64,000 nucleotides of DNA from an uncultured virus (IMG/VR IMGVR_UViG_3300034072_001506). Its lineage: Duplodnaviria; Heunggongvirae; Uroviricota; Caudoviricetes. The first letter of the stretch is position 1. The number at the start of each line of letters is the position of its first letter. The DNA is taken from the IMG/VR virus record IMGVR_UViG_3300034072_001506; one strand, 5' to 3'. Of the stretch, positions 30,058-39,664 are shown one piece after another. Both the position numbers and the translations under genes were made by a program. The notes under the pieces were generated by a model that saw nothing but the letters and a program-made list of their open reading frames with translations, had not been told where the DNA came from and did not search any database.

Positions 30058-31293
30058 ATGGGAATCAGATTCAAAGGTCGTTTTATACCAAAGGGGGCGC
30101 TTAAGTTTGCCAACGTTCCTCCAGCTGCTCCAGTATTCATAACCGCTCCTAGCATTTCCCCTGTCTCTGGTATTTCTGGAGAAACCCTATTTACGGGCAA
30201 CGACGGGACTTTTACCAATGGTGTCATCACATCAAGACAGTGGTTGATCAATAATGTCGTAGTAGCTTCTGGACCCTCCTTTACTCCTCTTGTTCCAGGT
30301 TCACTAGTCTATAGAGTAACGGTTGTTGGAAACGGTGGATCAGTAGTTGGTGAATCCGCTGCGGTTACTGTTGATCCCGCTCCACCCCCAGTATTCACTG
30401 TTGATCCCAGCATTACTCCAACAGCAGGTATTGTTGGTGTAACCGCTTACACTGGTAATGACGGTGTCTTCACGGGCGGCAATGTTATCGCAAGAGATTG
30501 GTATGTGGGCACAGAGTTTGTTGGCTCTGGATCGACCATTACTCCTTCAATAGTTGGTAACCTAACCTATAGAGTAACTGTTCTAGGCAACGGTGGAACA
30601 ACTATTGCGAATTCACAGCCAGTCAGTGTTGAGCTTCCAGATCCTCCAGCGTTCACAAGAACTCCTAGCGTCACACCTTCTTCGGGTCTAATGAATGCCA
30701 CCTTTACTGCTGATCCCGGCGCGTGGACTGGTGCCACACGGGTGGTAAGAGAATGGCTTGTAAATGGTAGAGTTCTCGCTGGGGCAAACGACATCACGGT
30801 CGTTCCAATGAAGGTAGGCCAATTGGTCTATAGAGTCACCCTTTCCAACGCGGCTGGCACAGTGGTAGAATCGTCCACTCCAGTAACGGTAAATGTCAAC
30901 CCAGCAATTGCCCAGCCCCCCACATGGATTACTGGTTCGGGTTACTTTGGAAGCTTTGAAGAAGGAACGGAATTCTCAGAACTCTTCAATGCCAGCGACC
31001 CAAATGGTGGCGCTCTAGAATACAGTGTTATTGGTGGAACATTGCCACCAGGTCTCAGCTTGAACATTACAACTGGTGAACTATTTGGAACGATTGGTGC
31101 GGTAGAAGATACCACCAACTTTAATTTCACCCTCAGGGTAATGGATGAAACCAATCTGACCGCTGACCGTCAGTTTGAAATCCAGATCCAGAACGTCAAG
31201 AGCGATGTTTTCTGGGATACTCCAGAAGGTTCGCTAGGTGAACCTAGCGCAGGCTCACTATTCTCAACCAAACTAGCAGCTAGGTCGGTATAA
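30058..31293 (+). CDS. Ig-repeat fibre protein ending in the first three strands of an Ig domain
   Basis: Three PVF.T.PS repeats, one complete He_PIG-like unit, then VFWDTPEGSLGEPSAGSLFSTKLAARSV-stop; GGAGGA RBS. Confidence 0.75.
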   Translation: MGIRFKGRFIPKGALKFANVPPAAPVFITAPSISPVSGISGETLFTGNDGTFTNGVITSRQWLINNVVVASGPSFTPLVPGSLVYRVTVVGNGGSVVGESAAVTVDPAPPPVFTVDPSITPTAGIVGVTAYTGNDGVFTGGNVIARDWYVGTEFVGSGSTITPSIVGNLTYRVTVLGNGGTTIANSQPVSVELPDPPAFTRTPSVTPSSGLMNATFTADPGAWTGATRVVREWLVNGRVLAGANDITVVPMKVGQLVYRVTLSNAAGTVVESSTPVTVNVNPAIAQPPTWITGSGYFGSFEEGTEFSELFNASDPNGGALEYSVIGGTLPPGLSLNITTGELFGTIGAVEDTTNFNFTLRVMDETNLTADRQFEIQIQNVKSDVFWDTPEGSLGEPSAGSLFSTKLAARSV

Positions 31294-32417
31294 TGACAGA
31301 CATAAAATATGAAATCATCAGTGGCAGCCTTCCAGTAAATGTCACCCTAAATGAAGACACCGGTGAGATCATTGGTGATATTGACTTTGCCAACATTGGT
31401 CTAGGCCCAGAATGGGTAAGCCCCCCTTCTGGTAAGTTGGGTGATTTCCTTGAAGGTGATACCGTCAATATTACATTCAACGCAAGATATGGATCCAACG
31501 ACCAGTTGGCGCTAATGGGTGTGGTAAACAACGGAACCTTTCTACCAAGAGGCTTGGTATTTGATCCTGATACTGGCGTTCTCTCTGGTGTTTGTGCCGA
31601 CCTTCTAGCCGATGAAGCGATCGGCAACGTTGATCCCCCAATTTGGCAAACCAGATTTGGTACACTGGCAAATCTAGACGAAAGCGAAACAGTGAGCCTT
31701 TCAGTAGCCGCTACTGCCCAAGCTGGTAAAACGCTATCAAGATACGCTGTTGTTAGCGGCGGTCTTCCTTGGGGTCTTCAGCTTTCTTTTGAGACAGGTT
31801 CGATAACAGGAACCACCGCAGACTTGAAGAGTCCTGGTGTGACGATCGAAGTTCCAAAACTTCCAGCACCGGCGTTTGTTCATCCAGCAGGCAACATCGC
31901 AACCTACAATGAAGGTGAAAGTTTTACTGGATTGTTTGTAAATGCTACTCCAGCAGTTGATCGCCAGATGGTCAAGTATGTGATTACCAGAGGCTTCTTG
32001 CCGCGCGGTGTGATTCTCAATACTGTTTCTGGTGAGGTCTCTGGAACGATTGCGGAAATGCTCGGCATAGAGGAACCTCCCTTCCTCTTTACGGATCTCT
32101 ATCCAACGTTCTCTCCAGATGTTGTGGTAGACGGAGTAAGTCAGACTTCTAGCAATCTTGGCTCGTATTCTCGAGGAACGGCTGTTTCGGCTCAGTTCGC
32201 TGCTACTCCAACTGGCTCTAGAACTATCATGACCTATAGTTTAGAATCTGGTGGATTGCCTTTTGGTCTTACACTTTCTTCCACTGGATTGATCAGCGGA
32301 ACAATAAGTAATCAAGCAACGAATAGTGCGCCATCTGGCACATACAACTTTACCGTTAGGGTAACAGATAACCAGTATGGTTTTGCTACTCGATCTTTTA
32401 ACATTACTGTTCTCTAA
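31293..32417 (+). CDS. Putative Ig (He_PIG-like) repeat protein, four of five units lacking the final beta-hairpin
   Basis: Five LP.(G/N)(L/V)...G...G units; only the last has YNFTVRVTD...RSFNITV. Confidence 0.75.
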   Translation: MTDIKYEIISGSLPVNVTLNEDTGEIIGDIDFANIGLGPEWVSPPSGKLGDFLEGDTVNITFNARYGSNDQLALMGVVNNGTFLPRGLVFDPDTGVLSGVCADLLADEAIGNVDPPIWQTRFGTLANLDESETVSLSVAATAQAGKTLSRYAVVSGGLPWGLQLSFETGSITGTTADLKSPGVTIEVPKLPAPAFVHPAGNIATYNEGESFTGLFVNATPAVDRQMVKYVITRGFLPRGVILNTVSGEVSGTIAEMLGIEEPPFLFTDLYPTFSPDVVVDGVSQTSSNLGSYSRGTAVSAQFAATPTGSRTIMTYSLESGGLPFGLTLSSTGLISGTISNQATNSAPSGTYNFTVRVTDNQYGFATRSFNITVL

Positions 32418-32426
32418 GGAGTAATC

Positions 32427-33725
32427 ATGGCAGTTTTTCCTTTTACAATTAGAGCCACTGACTCTGAAGGCTCCTTTGCTGATCGTCAGTTCTCAATTAC
32501 TGTTCGCAATAGCCGAGTTGAGCGTTTTATGGCTGTTACGGGTGCAGATGCCTACACCAGCGCAGATGGCCAGTCCTGGGTCTTGAGAGCCGGTATGGGT
32601 GGTTCGTCATGTGCCTATGGAAACAATATGTGGCTGATTGGTCCTATCAGTATTGGTGGTCTACGTCGTTCAACAGACGGTGTGAACTATACATATATTG
32701 ATCCGGCCTCCATGACCTTTACCCACCTGAACGATCCAAGAACTGGAACCAATGCCGCTGGTAACCCAAGCATGTTCCTTGGTAGGATTAGTAAAATCCG
32801 ATTCTATAATGGTAGGTTCTGGTTCTGGCAGAGCCAGACTATTAACACCAGTAACGTGGGAAGACAGTCCCTCAGAGTGTGGTATTCGGAAAACGGCATT
32901 GATTGGTTTGGTCGTACACTTCTTCATAACAATAACAGTGCTACCAACTTTATCAACAACATGCAAAGCTCTGGTGAATTTATTACCGAAGACAATGGAA
33001 CCCTGTTTATTGGTTCAGCTGTAGGTGGTGGTTCTGATCCTATTCTACACCCTGATTTTGGAACAGGTGGAACACCTCTTGGTTTCCAGTCAACTGACAA
33101 CGGAAATACGTGGGCCCCGGTGCGCAGAGCCGGTCTTGCCAACTCTCTCAATCTCAACAACGCCAACATTACACTCACCAGAGTAAATGGATTCTATCTT
33201 GCTTACGGTATGAACAATAACTTTGGTTTTGGTACCCTATCCAACACCTATGCTTATAGCACAGACGGAAGCAACTGGACTCAGGGTGATTTCTCAGTTG
33301 GAACAGGTCAATCCGCAACCAATATTGCTAATCTGCTAAACGGAACTCGTCCGAACGGCTTTATCTATGCTAACGGTCTGATTTATGTTTCCATGGCAGC
33401 AACTGCTAGCTCAAGTCCTGGTTACCTACCAATGCTTGTAAGTGCCGACGGTATCAGCTGGACTCTGCGAACCAATATTATTGACTTCAGTCGTACCACT
33501 GGCTCAGGTTCTAACACAGGTGACTGGGGACGAGGAAATATCATTTATAGAAATGGTATTTTCCTACTAGCTCATCAGGGTGGTGGTTCAGCGGATACTC
33601 TAGGATCGGGCGGAGTAAGCGTTTTCAGCGGGGGTCTTCGTTTCTCGACCAACGGTAGCACTTGGACTACGGTAAACCGCTTTGACAATACTGCTACTCT
33701 TTTCCTAGACGCAGCAATGATCTAA
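32427..33725 (+). CDS. Fibre tip/adhesin-like beta-propeller protein with N-terminal Ig beta-hairpin
   Basis: Starts FPFTIRATDSEGSFADRQFSITV; repeated S.DG..W (BNR/Asp-box-like) motifs. Confidence 0.7.
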   Translation: MAVFPFTIRATDSEGSFADRQFSITVRNSRVERFMAVTGADAYTSADGQSWVLRAGMGGSSCAYGNNMWLIGPISIGGLRRSTDGVNYTYIDPASMTFTHLNDPRTGTNAAGNPSMFLGRISKIRFYNGRFWFWQSQTINTSNVGRQSLRVWYSENGIDWFGRTLLHNNNSATNFINNMQSSGEFITEDNGTLFIGSAVGGGSDPILHPDFGTGGTPLGFQSTDNGNTWAPVRRAGLANSLNLNNANITLTRVNGFYLAYGMNNNFGFGTLSNTYAYSTDGSNWTQGDFSVGTGQSATNIANLLNGTRPNGFIYANGLIYVSMAATASSSPGYLPMLVSADGISWTLRTNIIDFSRTTGSGSNTGDWGRGNIIYRNGIFLLAHQGGGSADTLGSGGVSVFSGGLRFSTNGSTWTTVNRFDNTATLFLDAAMI

Positions 33726-33730
33726 AGACA

Positions 33731-33760
33731 AATGAGCCGGGGTCTCGGCCCCGGCTCATT
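33731..33760. terminator. Hairpin between convergent genes
   Basis: AATGAGCCGGGG-tctcgg-CCCCGGCTCATT perfect inverted repeat. Confidence 0.75.
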
Positions 33761-33783
33761 GCTTCTCTGAGGGTCTCTGAGGA

Positions 33784-34437
33784 TCAATCCGTTTCGTTGG
33801 ATACTCTGGCTGCTTCTAGCTCGCTAATGAGCACGACACGCTCCGACGACCCGATATAATCACTCCAAGCCATCTTAAACAGAATCGCATCTTTGGTATC
33901 AGCAAAGTAGAAAGAGCCGTTAGTCCAACGCTGGACCCTATACCTATCATCGTTCAATAATGCTGGTCCGAACTGCTCTTTACACCAATCCTGCATCTCA
34001 GAAATATGGGCTGTTGAATAACCAGAACGATGTTTCGCTCGTCTTACAGGAACCCTAAAAGCTATACGGTATTTCTTAAAGAACAGTCGCTCTCTGGTGA
34101 TGACTTTTTCTCTCACCATTTGCTCAGTGTGATCTTTGTCAATTGGCTTTTCATATTCCGTGAAATTATCCTTGCCAATCGTCTCAGACAATAGGTCGAA
34201 AATAGCCGGGTCTTTGAAGAAAATGGTATAGGAAAGAACCGCAGATTTTGAAGTAAACCAACCGTCGTTGGCTGCAGATTCAATTCCACGCCACTGTTTT
34301 TCAAATTTGGAATTTAGGATCCACTCAACAATTTCCTGAGTAGGAACTTTCTTCTGGTGTTTGTATTTGCGGAGATTTATAACCAAACGATGATCATAAG
34401 TTTTGTAGTAAATCTTACGAGTAACCAATTCTTTCAC
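33784..34437 (-). CDS. LFKL-WG family, two-domain larger member
   Basis: IFFKDPAIFDLL and FYFADTKDAILFKMAWS. Confidence 0.7.
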   Translation of the reverse strand: MKELVTRKIYYKTYDHRLVINLRKYKHQKKVPTQEIVEWILNSKFEKQWRGIESAANDGWFTSKSAVLSYTIFFKDPAIFDLLSETIGKDNFTEYEKPIDKDHTEQMVREKVITRERLFFKKYRIAFRVPVRRAKHRSGYSTAHISEMQDWCKEQFGPALLNDDRYRVQRWTNGSFYFADTKDAILFKMAWSDYIGSSERVVLISELEAARVSNETD

Positions 34438-34446
34438 AAAATCCTC

Positions 34447-34713
34447 CTACCAGCGAAGCTTGAAAAGCTTCGCGTCTCGATCTTCGAAGAGGACAACGTG
34501 AAATTGAATGGCGGTCGATGGCCACTCTGAGCCCATGACCGTCTCAGGCCAGTATCTATACTGATTGGGAGAGCAGTTGCGATCGATCCAATCGCCTACC
34601 TCTCTTTGGTCTTCAAACTCTGGAAGATCCAACCAGAAATTATGACCCGCAAAATCCAAATACCGCCCTAGGTCTTTGGTTATAGGTTTTGAGTATTTTA
34701 CAATATGCGTCAC
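34447..34713 (-). CDS. LFKL-WG family small protein
   Basis: LFEDRDAKLFKLRW. Confidence 0.7.
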   Translation of the reverse strand: MTHIVKYSKPITKDLGRYLDFAGHNFWLDLPEFEDQREVGDWIDRNCSPNQYRYWPETVMGSEWPSTAIQFHVVLFEDRDAKLFKLRW

Positions 34714-34725
34714 ATCACCGTGTTA

Positions 34726-34986
34726 TTAGATGACGGTATGATTTGTCACTATATTTTCAAGGACGAACCTGATGGCGTCTATTTTTCTCTTGAACTCATA
34801 TCGCATATGCTCACCTTCAGAAAAGATATTCTGATAGGTCAATAGGTATTCGTCAGAAAACTCCTCACACCAACCATTCATCTCAAGAGCCCGTATGGTT
34901 GAAGTTTCATATACGCTAACCCAGTGGGGAAATATTTCATCATCCAAATGGATGTAGAAAAACGGTCTGTCTGGAAAAGATGTCAA
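34726..34986 (-). CDS. LFKL-WG family (divergent)
   Basis: YEFKRKIDAIRFVL. Confidence 0.6.
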   Translation of the reverse strand: MTSFPDRPFFYIHLDDEIFPHWVSVYETSTIRALEMNGWCEEFSDEYLLTYQNIFSEGEHMRYEFKRKIDAIRFVLENIVTNHTVI

Positions 34987-34999
34987 CTCCTGCTCTCCG

Positions 35000-35221
35000 T
35001 CAAAAGCTCAACTTGAGCAGCATCGCGCTCTGATGGTTTTTAAAACAAAAGCCAATTTGAAAATCTGTTGGGTCATGACCCAACAAACTCACAGAGACTC
35101 GATCTGGTGAAAATTGGTCTAGGACTGCTCTTTGAAGGACCAAAATACTTTCCTTGGAACCTTCAAAGAACACCCAGACGCCATCTTCCAATTCAACGGT
35201 GGCAGAGTAATTGGTCATCAA
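35000..35221 (-). CDS. LFKL-WG family small protein
   Basis: FCFKNHQSAMLLKLSF. Confidence 0.65.
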   Translation of the reverse strand: MMTNYSATVELEDGVWVFFEGSKESILVLQRAVLDQFSPDRVSVSLLGHDPTDFQIGFCFKNHQSAMLLKLSF

Positions 35222-35655
35222 TCACACCCACTACTTCCTCCACCACTATCGTAGGAACTTGAACCACTATCGTAGGAACTAGAGCCGCTGTCATATGAAC
35301 TTGAACCGCTACTCAGCCCACTGTAATAGGTATCCGAGAACCACGAAGTATCCACACTTGAGTCACCAGACCTGCGTGACGAGTCTGCGTAACTCGCTGA
35401 GCTGGTAGTCTTGGCCGACTTTGACGAGCCAGTAGGCTTAGACCGGTCGCGATTTCTACCACCTGGTCCAAAAGAACTTTGAGCCTTTACCTTAGCGACA
35501 TCTTTGGCAAAAGCCGAACGATATGCTGCCCTATCCTCTTTTTCAGCGCGAAGATTGGCCTGGCGCTTTTCTTCTTGTGCTGAAGCCATGCGATGGAAAC
35601 TGGCAATGACGACTAACACCAGACCAATACCTACAATAAACCAAAATGATCCCAT
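35218..35655 (-). CDS. Membrane-anchored protein with Ser/Gly-rich tail
   Basis: N-terminal TM; SGSSSYD x3 encoded by a 21-bp repeat at 35242-35304. Confidence 0.7.
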   Translation of the reverse strand: MGSFWFIVGIGLVLVVIASFHRMASAQEEKRQANLRAEKEDRAAYRSAFAKDVAKVKAQSSFGPGGRNRDRSKPTGSSKSAKTTSSASYADSSRRSGDSSVDTSWFSDTYYSGLSSGSSSYDSGSSSYDSGSSSYDSGGGSSGCD

Positions 35656-35702
35656 GATTCACTCCTTTGCTTTAGAGTAAATGAGTGATTCCTAGACGTC
35701 AA

Positions 35703-35909
35703 TTAATCGTCAGACACGTTGGACTTTTGGTTGGCGAGCAGGTATTCCAGATCAGCCACAGATACCTCGACCAGCTGGACGGCCTCGTTCTCAAAGAAAC
35801 CGTTGTCCTGTCCCTCGTCGGAGAAATGTGGGATCAGATATGTGACTTGGCGCGACGGTCCCTCAATGGCTCCTTTGATGCGCTCCTCAACTGTCTGTTT
35901 GCGAGGCAT
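35703..35909 (-). CDS. Hypothetical protein
   Basis: TAATG-coupled ORF. Confidence 0.5.
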   Translation of the reverse strand: MPRKQTVEERIKGAIEGPSRQVTYLIPHFSDEGQDNGFFENEAVQLVEVSVADLEYLLANQKSNVSDD

Positions 35910-37645
35910 TAAACTTCCTTCCAGCCCTGCGCCTCGAGGTACGCCTTGACTTCGTCCCAGGTGCCTTCGCTGCTGTAGCTGAAGCCGGTCTCAGGGTCTT
36001 CACCCTTGCGCTTAAAAACATCCTGAGTGATGTCATCAACATTCCAGTCGCCGCCCCACGTTGCCATGAGCTCGTCGAGCATCGCGCTGGGCAGATCGAT
36101 ATTGTCGATCAGCTTACCGTCGCGATCCAGGTAACCCATGCGGATCCTGATACCCGTGAAGTCCCGGCGAACGAACTGGAAACCAAGACCAGTGATCTGC
36201 GCTTCGCGGGGACGATAGCGATCATACCACCGGATATCCAGCGGTAGATTGGCTTTGTTGAGTTCGTAGGTTTCCCATACCTCTCGACAGAAGTCAGCCC
36301 ACTGATCGCCACTGTCGGCTTTGATCTGCGCTTCAGCTTTGCCCGGAGGGGGCGGAGGAGGGGCCACAGCAGCAGGAGCCGCAGGCAGCGGAGCAAAGCT
36401 ACCCGCACGAGCGTTCATAGCAGCAGGACCCCTCATGGGCGCCGGATGCCCAGGGTTATGCGCCGGGAATGGAGAAACGGGAGCAGGTTGTGGAACTGGT
36501 AGATCGAACGGAGCCGGATATGATGCTTCATCGTCGATGATTTCCAGATTCTCTCCCTCGTCCTCATCGTCGATATCCAGCATTTCACAAAGTTCAGCGT
36601 GGAGATCATCGTCCGTGTAGGTAAAATAATCGGTCAGAACCGTGTTACCATCATCGAAATGCTCATAGAGGAGCCAAATTGCGTGACTGCGCTCCAGCGT
36701 GACCCAGTTTCCGGCCTGGAGTTCTCGCTTGACCTTTTTGTCGTCCTCCCATGTGGAGTCACACTGGTCGAGACCTTTCAACCCGGCGGACCGTTGCGTA
36801 ATAAAAGCCGCCTGGACTGCGGGCTGGAGGTTGACCAATTCCGGCCATTGGCCGGCCATCAGAGGCAAAGCTGCCTGCATACCAGGCGCGTTGAACATGC
36901 CGCTGGGTGGTAGCTTGGGAAAACTAATGGGTGACATGACACCACCCGGTCCTACGCCGATCACATTGGTGTTGGGTCCCAGTGCTGCGCCCAGTGCTGC
37001 CATGAGATTTGCCGGACCACTAGCGGCGGCCGCCGCTGCCAATGCGCCTGGAGCCGGAGGAGTTGGCGCGACCTGCGGAGGGTTCCAATTGGGATCGAGT
37101 GCCGGAGGAAGCGGGGGATTGACTGGTGAGGTCGGTGTCTGAGGCGCTGGACCATTGCTGGTATCGTTGAGAAAATCTGTCAGCGTCTGATCGTGCTTGA
37201 AGCCGTATTTGGCCAGCGCAATGTGGATTTTCAGCACATTGTCGTAGGGAGAAGCAAAATCGTTCTCCTGGGTTTCGTCAGCCAGGTCATCGGGCAGACA
37301 GTGAAAAAACTGGAGGATCCATTGTTGGTGTTGGTCATGGACATAACCAGTGCGGTGCCAGCGATCCTGGGGCTCGAACACATAGCTGATACCAGTGGTC
37401 AGACCGTTCAGAGTATCCCCATGCTGGCTTATGCCGTAAACCCACTGGTCGCGCTCATAAATCCCACAATCCTCATCGTCACCGATAGTGTAGACTGTGC
37501 GGTTCAGTTTGCTATTGAAAAACTCACGAACGTTTTCGCCATTTAGAGAGAACTTCTGAACTCTCTTCCAGTCCTTTTCCGTAGTTGGAACGTTGGAACA
37601 GACGAAGTAATGGACGATTCGCTCTTTGATTTCTGCGCTACTCAT
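35909..37645 (-). CDS. Multi-domain hypothetical protein with Pro/Ala-rich linkers
   Basis: Long ORF; GGAGA RBS before MSSAEIK. Confidence 0.65.
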   Translation of the reverse strand: MSSAEIKERIVHYFVCSNVPTTEKDWKRVQKFSLNGENVREFFNSKLNRTVYTIGDDEDCGIYERDQWVYGISQHGDTLNGLTTGISYVFEPQDRWHRTGYVHDQHQQWILQFFHCLPDDLADETQENDFASPYDNVLKIHIALAKYGFKHDQTLTDFLNDTSNGPAPQTPTSPVNPPLPPALDPNWNPPQVAPTPPAPGALAAAAAASGPANLMAALGAALGPNTNVIGVGPGGVMSPISFPKLPPSGMFNAPGMQAALPLMAGQWPELVNLQPAVQAAFITQRSAGLKGLDQCDSTWEDDKKVKRELQAGNWVTLERSHAIWLLYEHFDDGNTVLTDYFTYTDDDLHAELCEMLDIDDEDEGENLEIIDDEASYPAPFDLPVPQPAPVSPFPAHNPGHPAPMRGPAAMNARAGSFAPLPAAPAAVAPPPPPPGKAEAQIKADSGDQWADFCREVWETYELNKANLPLDIRWYDRYRPREAQITGLGFQFVRRDFTGIRIRMGYLDRDGKLIDNIDLPSAMLDELMATWGGDWNVDDITQDVFKRKGEDPETGFSYSSEGTWDEVKAYLEAQGWKEV

Positions 37646-37706
37646 ACTCGATCTCCACAAAGATAGCCAATGGTCTAACACCTTATTCAAAAAGAGCAAG
37701 TGAGAT

Positions 37707-38012
37707 TTATGGCAAAATGGTGCGAGGAATACCGGTCTTTGGGTTCATGACGACGAGAATCTTTTTTCGATCCTCGAAGGCATCCACCTCAACGACCCAA
37801 GACTCATCATTTTCCTTGGTGACGATGCGAGCTGTTTTGGTTGGGCCGTCTATCTTAATAGCAAAATTGGCTAGACTCGTTAGAATCTCAAGCGTTCCAT
37901 AATCAGCATCAGGCATATGGCGCTGCCTGAGACGTTCATAGGCGTGGCGATATGGCTCGCGCTTTTTAGCAAGTGATTTGCGTTGCGCAGGGCTGAGCCT
38001 ATCTTCTCTCAT
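37707..38012 (-). CDS. Hypothetical protein
   Basis: ATGA-coupled ORF. Confidence 0.5.
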   Translation of the reverse strand: MREDRLSPAQRKSLAKKREPYRHAYERLRQRHMPDADYGTLEILTSLANFAIKIDGPTKTARIVTKENDESWVVEVDAFEDRKKILVVMNPKTGIPRTILP

Positions 38013-38800
38013 TTGACTTGCTTGGGTCGACGAAAGGAGGTCTTTGTGTCAAAACCAGCCTTATGGGCTTTGACAAGATCATCCTTGATCTCAACAATCT
38101 CGGGGCCATGACTCGCGAGGGCACCACCTACCCACTGGGCAATTTCCTGAAAGGCAGATACCGGGTCAAAGACTTTTTGGAAGTCCCAATCCTTTAGAGA
38201 ATCGCTGTTGGCGACCCAATCACTTTCCTCATTCTGTATACCTCTATTGCTTCGGTAAATCAGGGGAGCCAAAGCCAATTGAGGTTCCTTGTAAGTCACA
38301 CAAACGATTCGCTTTTCCAGTAAACACTTGAGAGCATCACCCTTGACATCTGTAGCCGCAAATCTTTCGTCCAGCTTTTGATAACCATAATGGCCATAGT
38401 AGGTCATGGTCTCGAGTCTCCAACCGCGTTCGGCCAGGAAATTGTTGAACTTTTCCTCATTCCAGAAACGATATTCGGTTTTGACCTCGTTTGGTTCGCG
38501 ACCCTCAATTACGGTGACGAAGATGCCACTGTAGATTTTACCACAGAAGATGATAATGGGCGAATACAATTGAACTCTGAGATCCGGTGTAATAAAACCC
38601 TGACGATACAGCGACCCCGCCTTAAAGGACTGGTCTTCATCCGTGTCGGGTCTTATAAAGAATGGGCTGGCTACATAACGACCAATCCGGTCCATGTCAG
38701 CGTTGGTAAGGCGGATTTCGTGCCGAACGAACACAATTCCCGGATCAATACCATAGGCAGATGCGCTATCGTAGTAATCTTTGCCGCCAATAATTCTCAT
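38009..38800 (-). CDS. Hypothetical phage protein
   Basis: 263 aa ORF in coupled run. Confidence 0.6.
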   Translation of the reverse strand: MRIIGGKDYYDSASAYGIDPGIVFVRHEIRLTNADMDRIGRYVASPFFIRPDTDEDQSFKAGSLYRQGFITPDLRVQLYSPIIIFCGKIYSGIFVTVIEGREPNEVKTEYRFWNEEKFNNFLAERGWRLETMTYYGHYGYQKLDERFAATDVKGDALKCLLEKRIVCVTYKEPQLALAPLIYRSNRGIQNEESDWVANSDSLKDWDFQKVFDPVSAFQEIAQWVGGALASHGPEIVEIKDDLVKAHKAGFDTKTSFRRPKQVK

Positions 38801-38945
38801 GGTTCTTCTCTTGTATCCACATAAACCGGCTGGGCAACATAACCCGCCTTGATGTCATTACTGGATAGCGGCTCAGTTGTAAACTGCTTTGAGTCTGGAT
38901 TCATGGTAGTCCAGAAAAGCCATCCGACCTGTTTGAGATTCCTGG

Positions 38946-39476
38946 TCATAGGTCTTTGACCAACTCCAGATATTGCTCTTCCGATACGTCAAGAACCGCT
39001 AGCCAAGTCTTAAAGTAAAAATCAAGTTCATCAGAGCGCGGATGTAAACCTTTGTGATAACGTAGAAAATCCTTGCGATTTTGGACTTTGTCAGCAATTA
39101 ACATCTGATTTACTGGAGCAAGAGGCGACAACTTGATAGGGTGCTTGGCATAAACATCAGTTCGACCAAAAGAGTCAGGACCCTTTTCAACCTTATTGCT
39201 TAGGAAAGCATTGGCGATATTGCGGTATTCCATTGCGTAAAGAACGACAAGTGGATTGAGATCGACACAATAATAAAAGTTGCCCCTCAGGTCACCGTCA
39301 GCTTGGAAAATTGGATGAACCGCGTAAGCTTCCATTGTTACTTCATCAGCGCCAATCCGCTTTAAAATCTCAATACCCTGATGGATATGATCGATGAGCA
39401 AGACGCCTGACCTCTTGGCCCTGTGTGAGCCATAATAGGCAGCAATCACTCGGTATCCAACAGTTTCGTAAATCAT
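38946..39476 (-). CDS. HD-domain (SpoT/Mesh1-like) homologue with HD replaced by HP
   Basis: RAKRSG..LIDH...IL..IG.D..T..A..VHPIFQAD...LIADKVQN parallels HD_4 motifs. Confidence 0.5.
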   Translation of the reverse strand: MIYETVGYRVIAAYYGSHRAKRSGVLLIDHIHQGIEILKRIGADEVTMEAYAVHPIFQADGDLRGNFYYCVDLNPLVVLYAMEYRNIANAFLSNKVEKGPDSFGRTDVYAKHPIKLSPLAPVNQMLIADKVQNRKDFLRYHKGLHPRSDELDFYFKTWLAVLDVSEEQYLELVKDL

Positions 39477-39664
39477 TTGATCTTTGCCATGCTGTAGAAG
39501 AATAGCCATACCAAAACCAAAATTGCCACTGAAGCAACCGGCATCAAAACGTAGAACAAGAAATCGGGATGCCTAGAAGCGAATACAGATACGCCAATCA
39601 ACGTAGCTAGTCCCACAATGACAAGCAAAGTTTGCTTGGTGGCCAGTATCGCTTCTTTGCTCAT
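39473..39664 (-). CDS. Small two-TM membrane protein
   Basis: Two hydrophobic segments, ATGA-coupled on both sides. Confidence 0.55.
   Translation of the reverse strand: MSKEAILATKQTLLVIVGLATLIGVSVFASRHPDFLFYVLMPVASVAILVLVWLFFYSMAKIK

Noticed and set aside
31281..31295. Programmed -1 frameshift fusing 30058 and 31293
   Set aside because: In-frame TAG at 31281 leaves only ~9 nt for a shift and there is no slippery heptamer; TAATG coupling is a simpler explanation
35242..35304. 21-bp tandem repeat as a regulatory element
   Set aside because: It encodes the SGSSSYD low-complexity tail of a membrane protein
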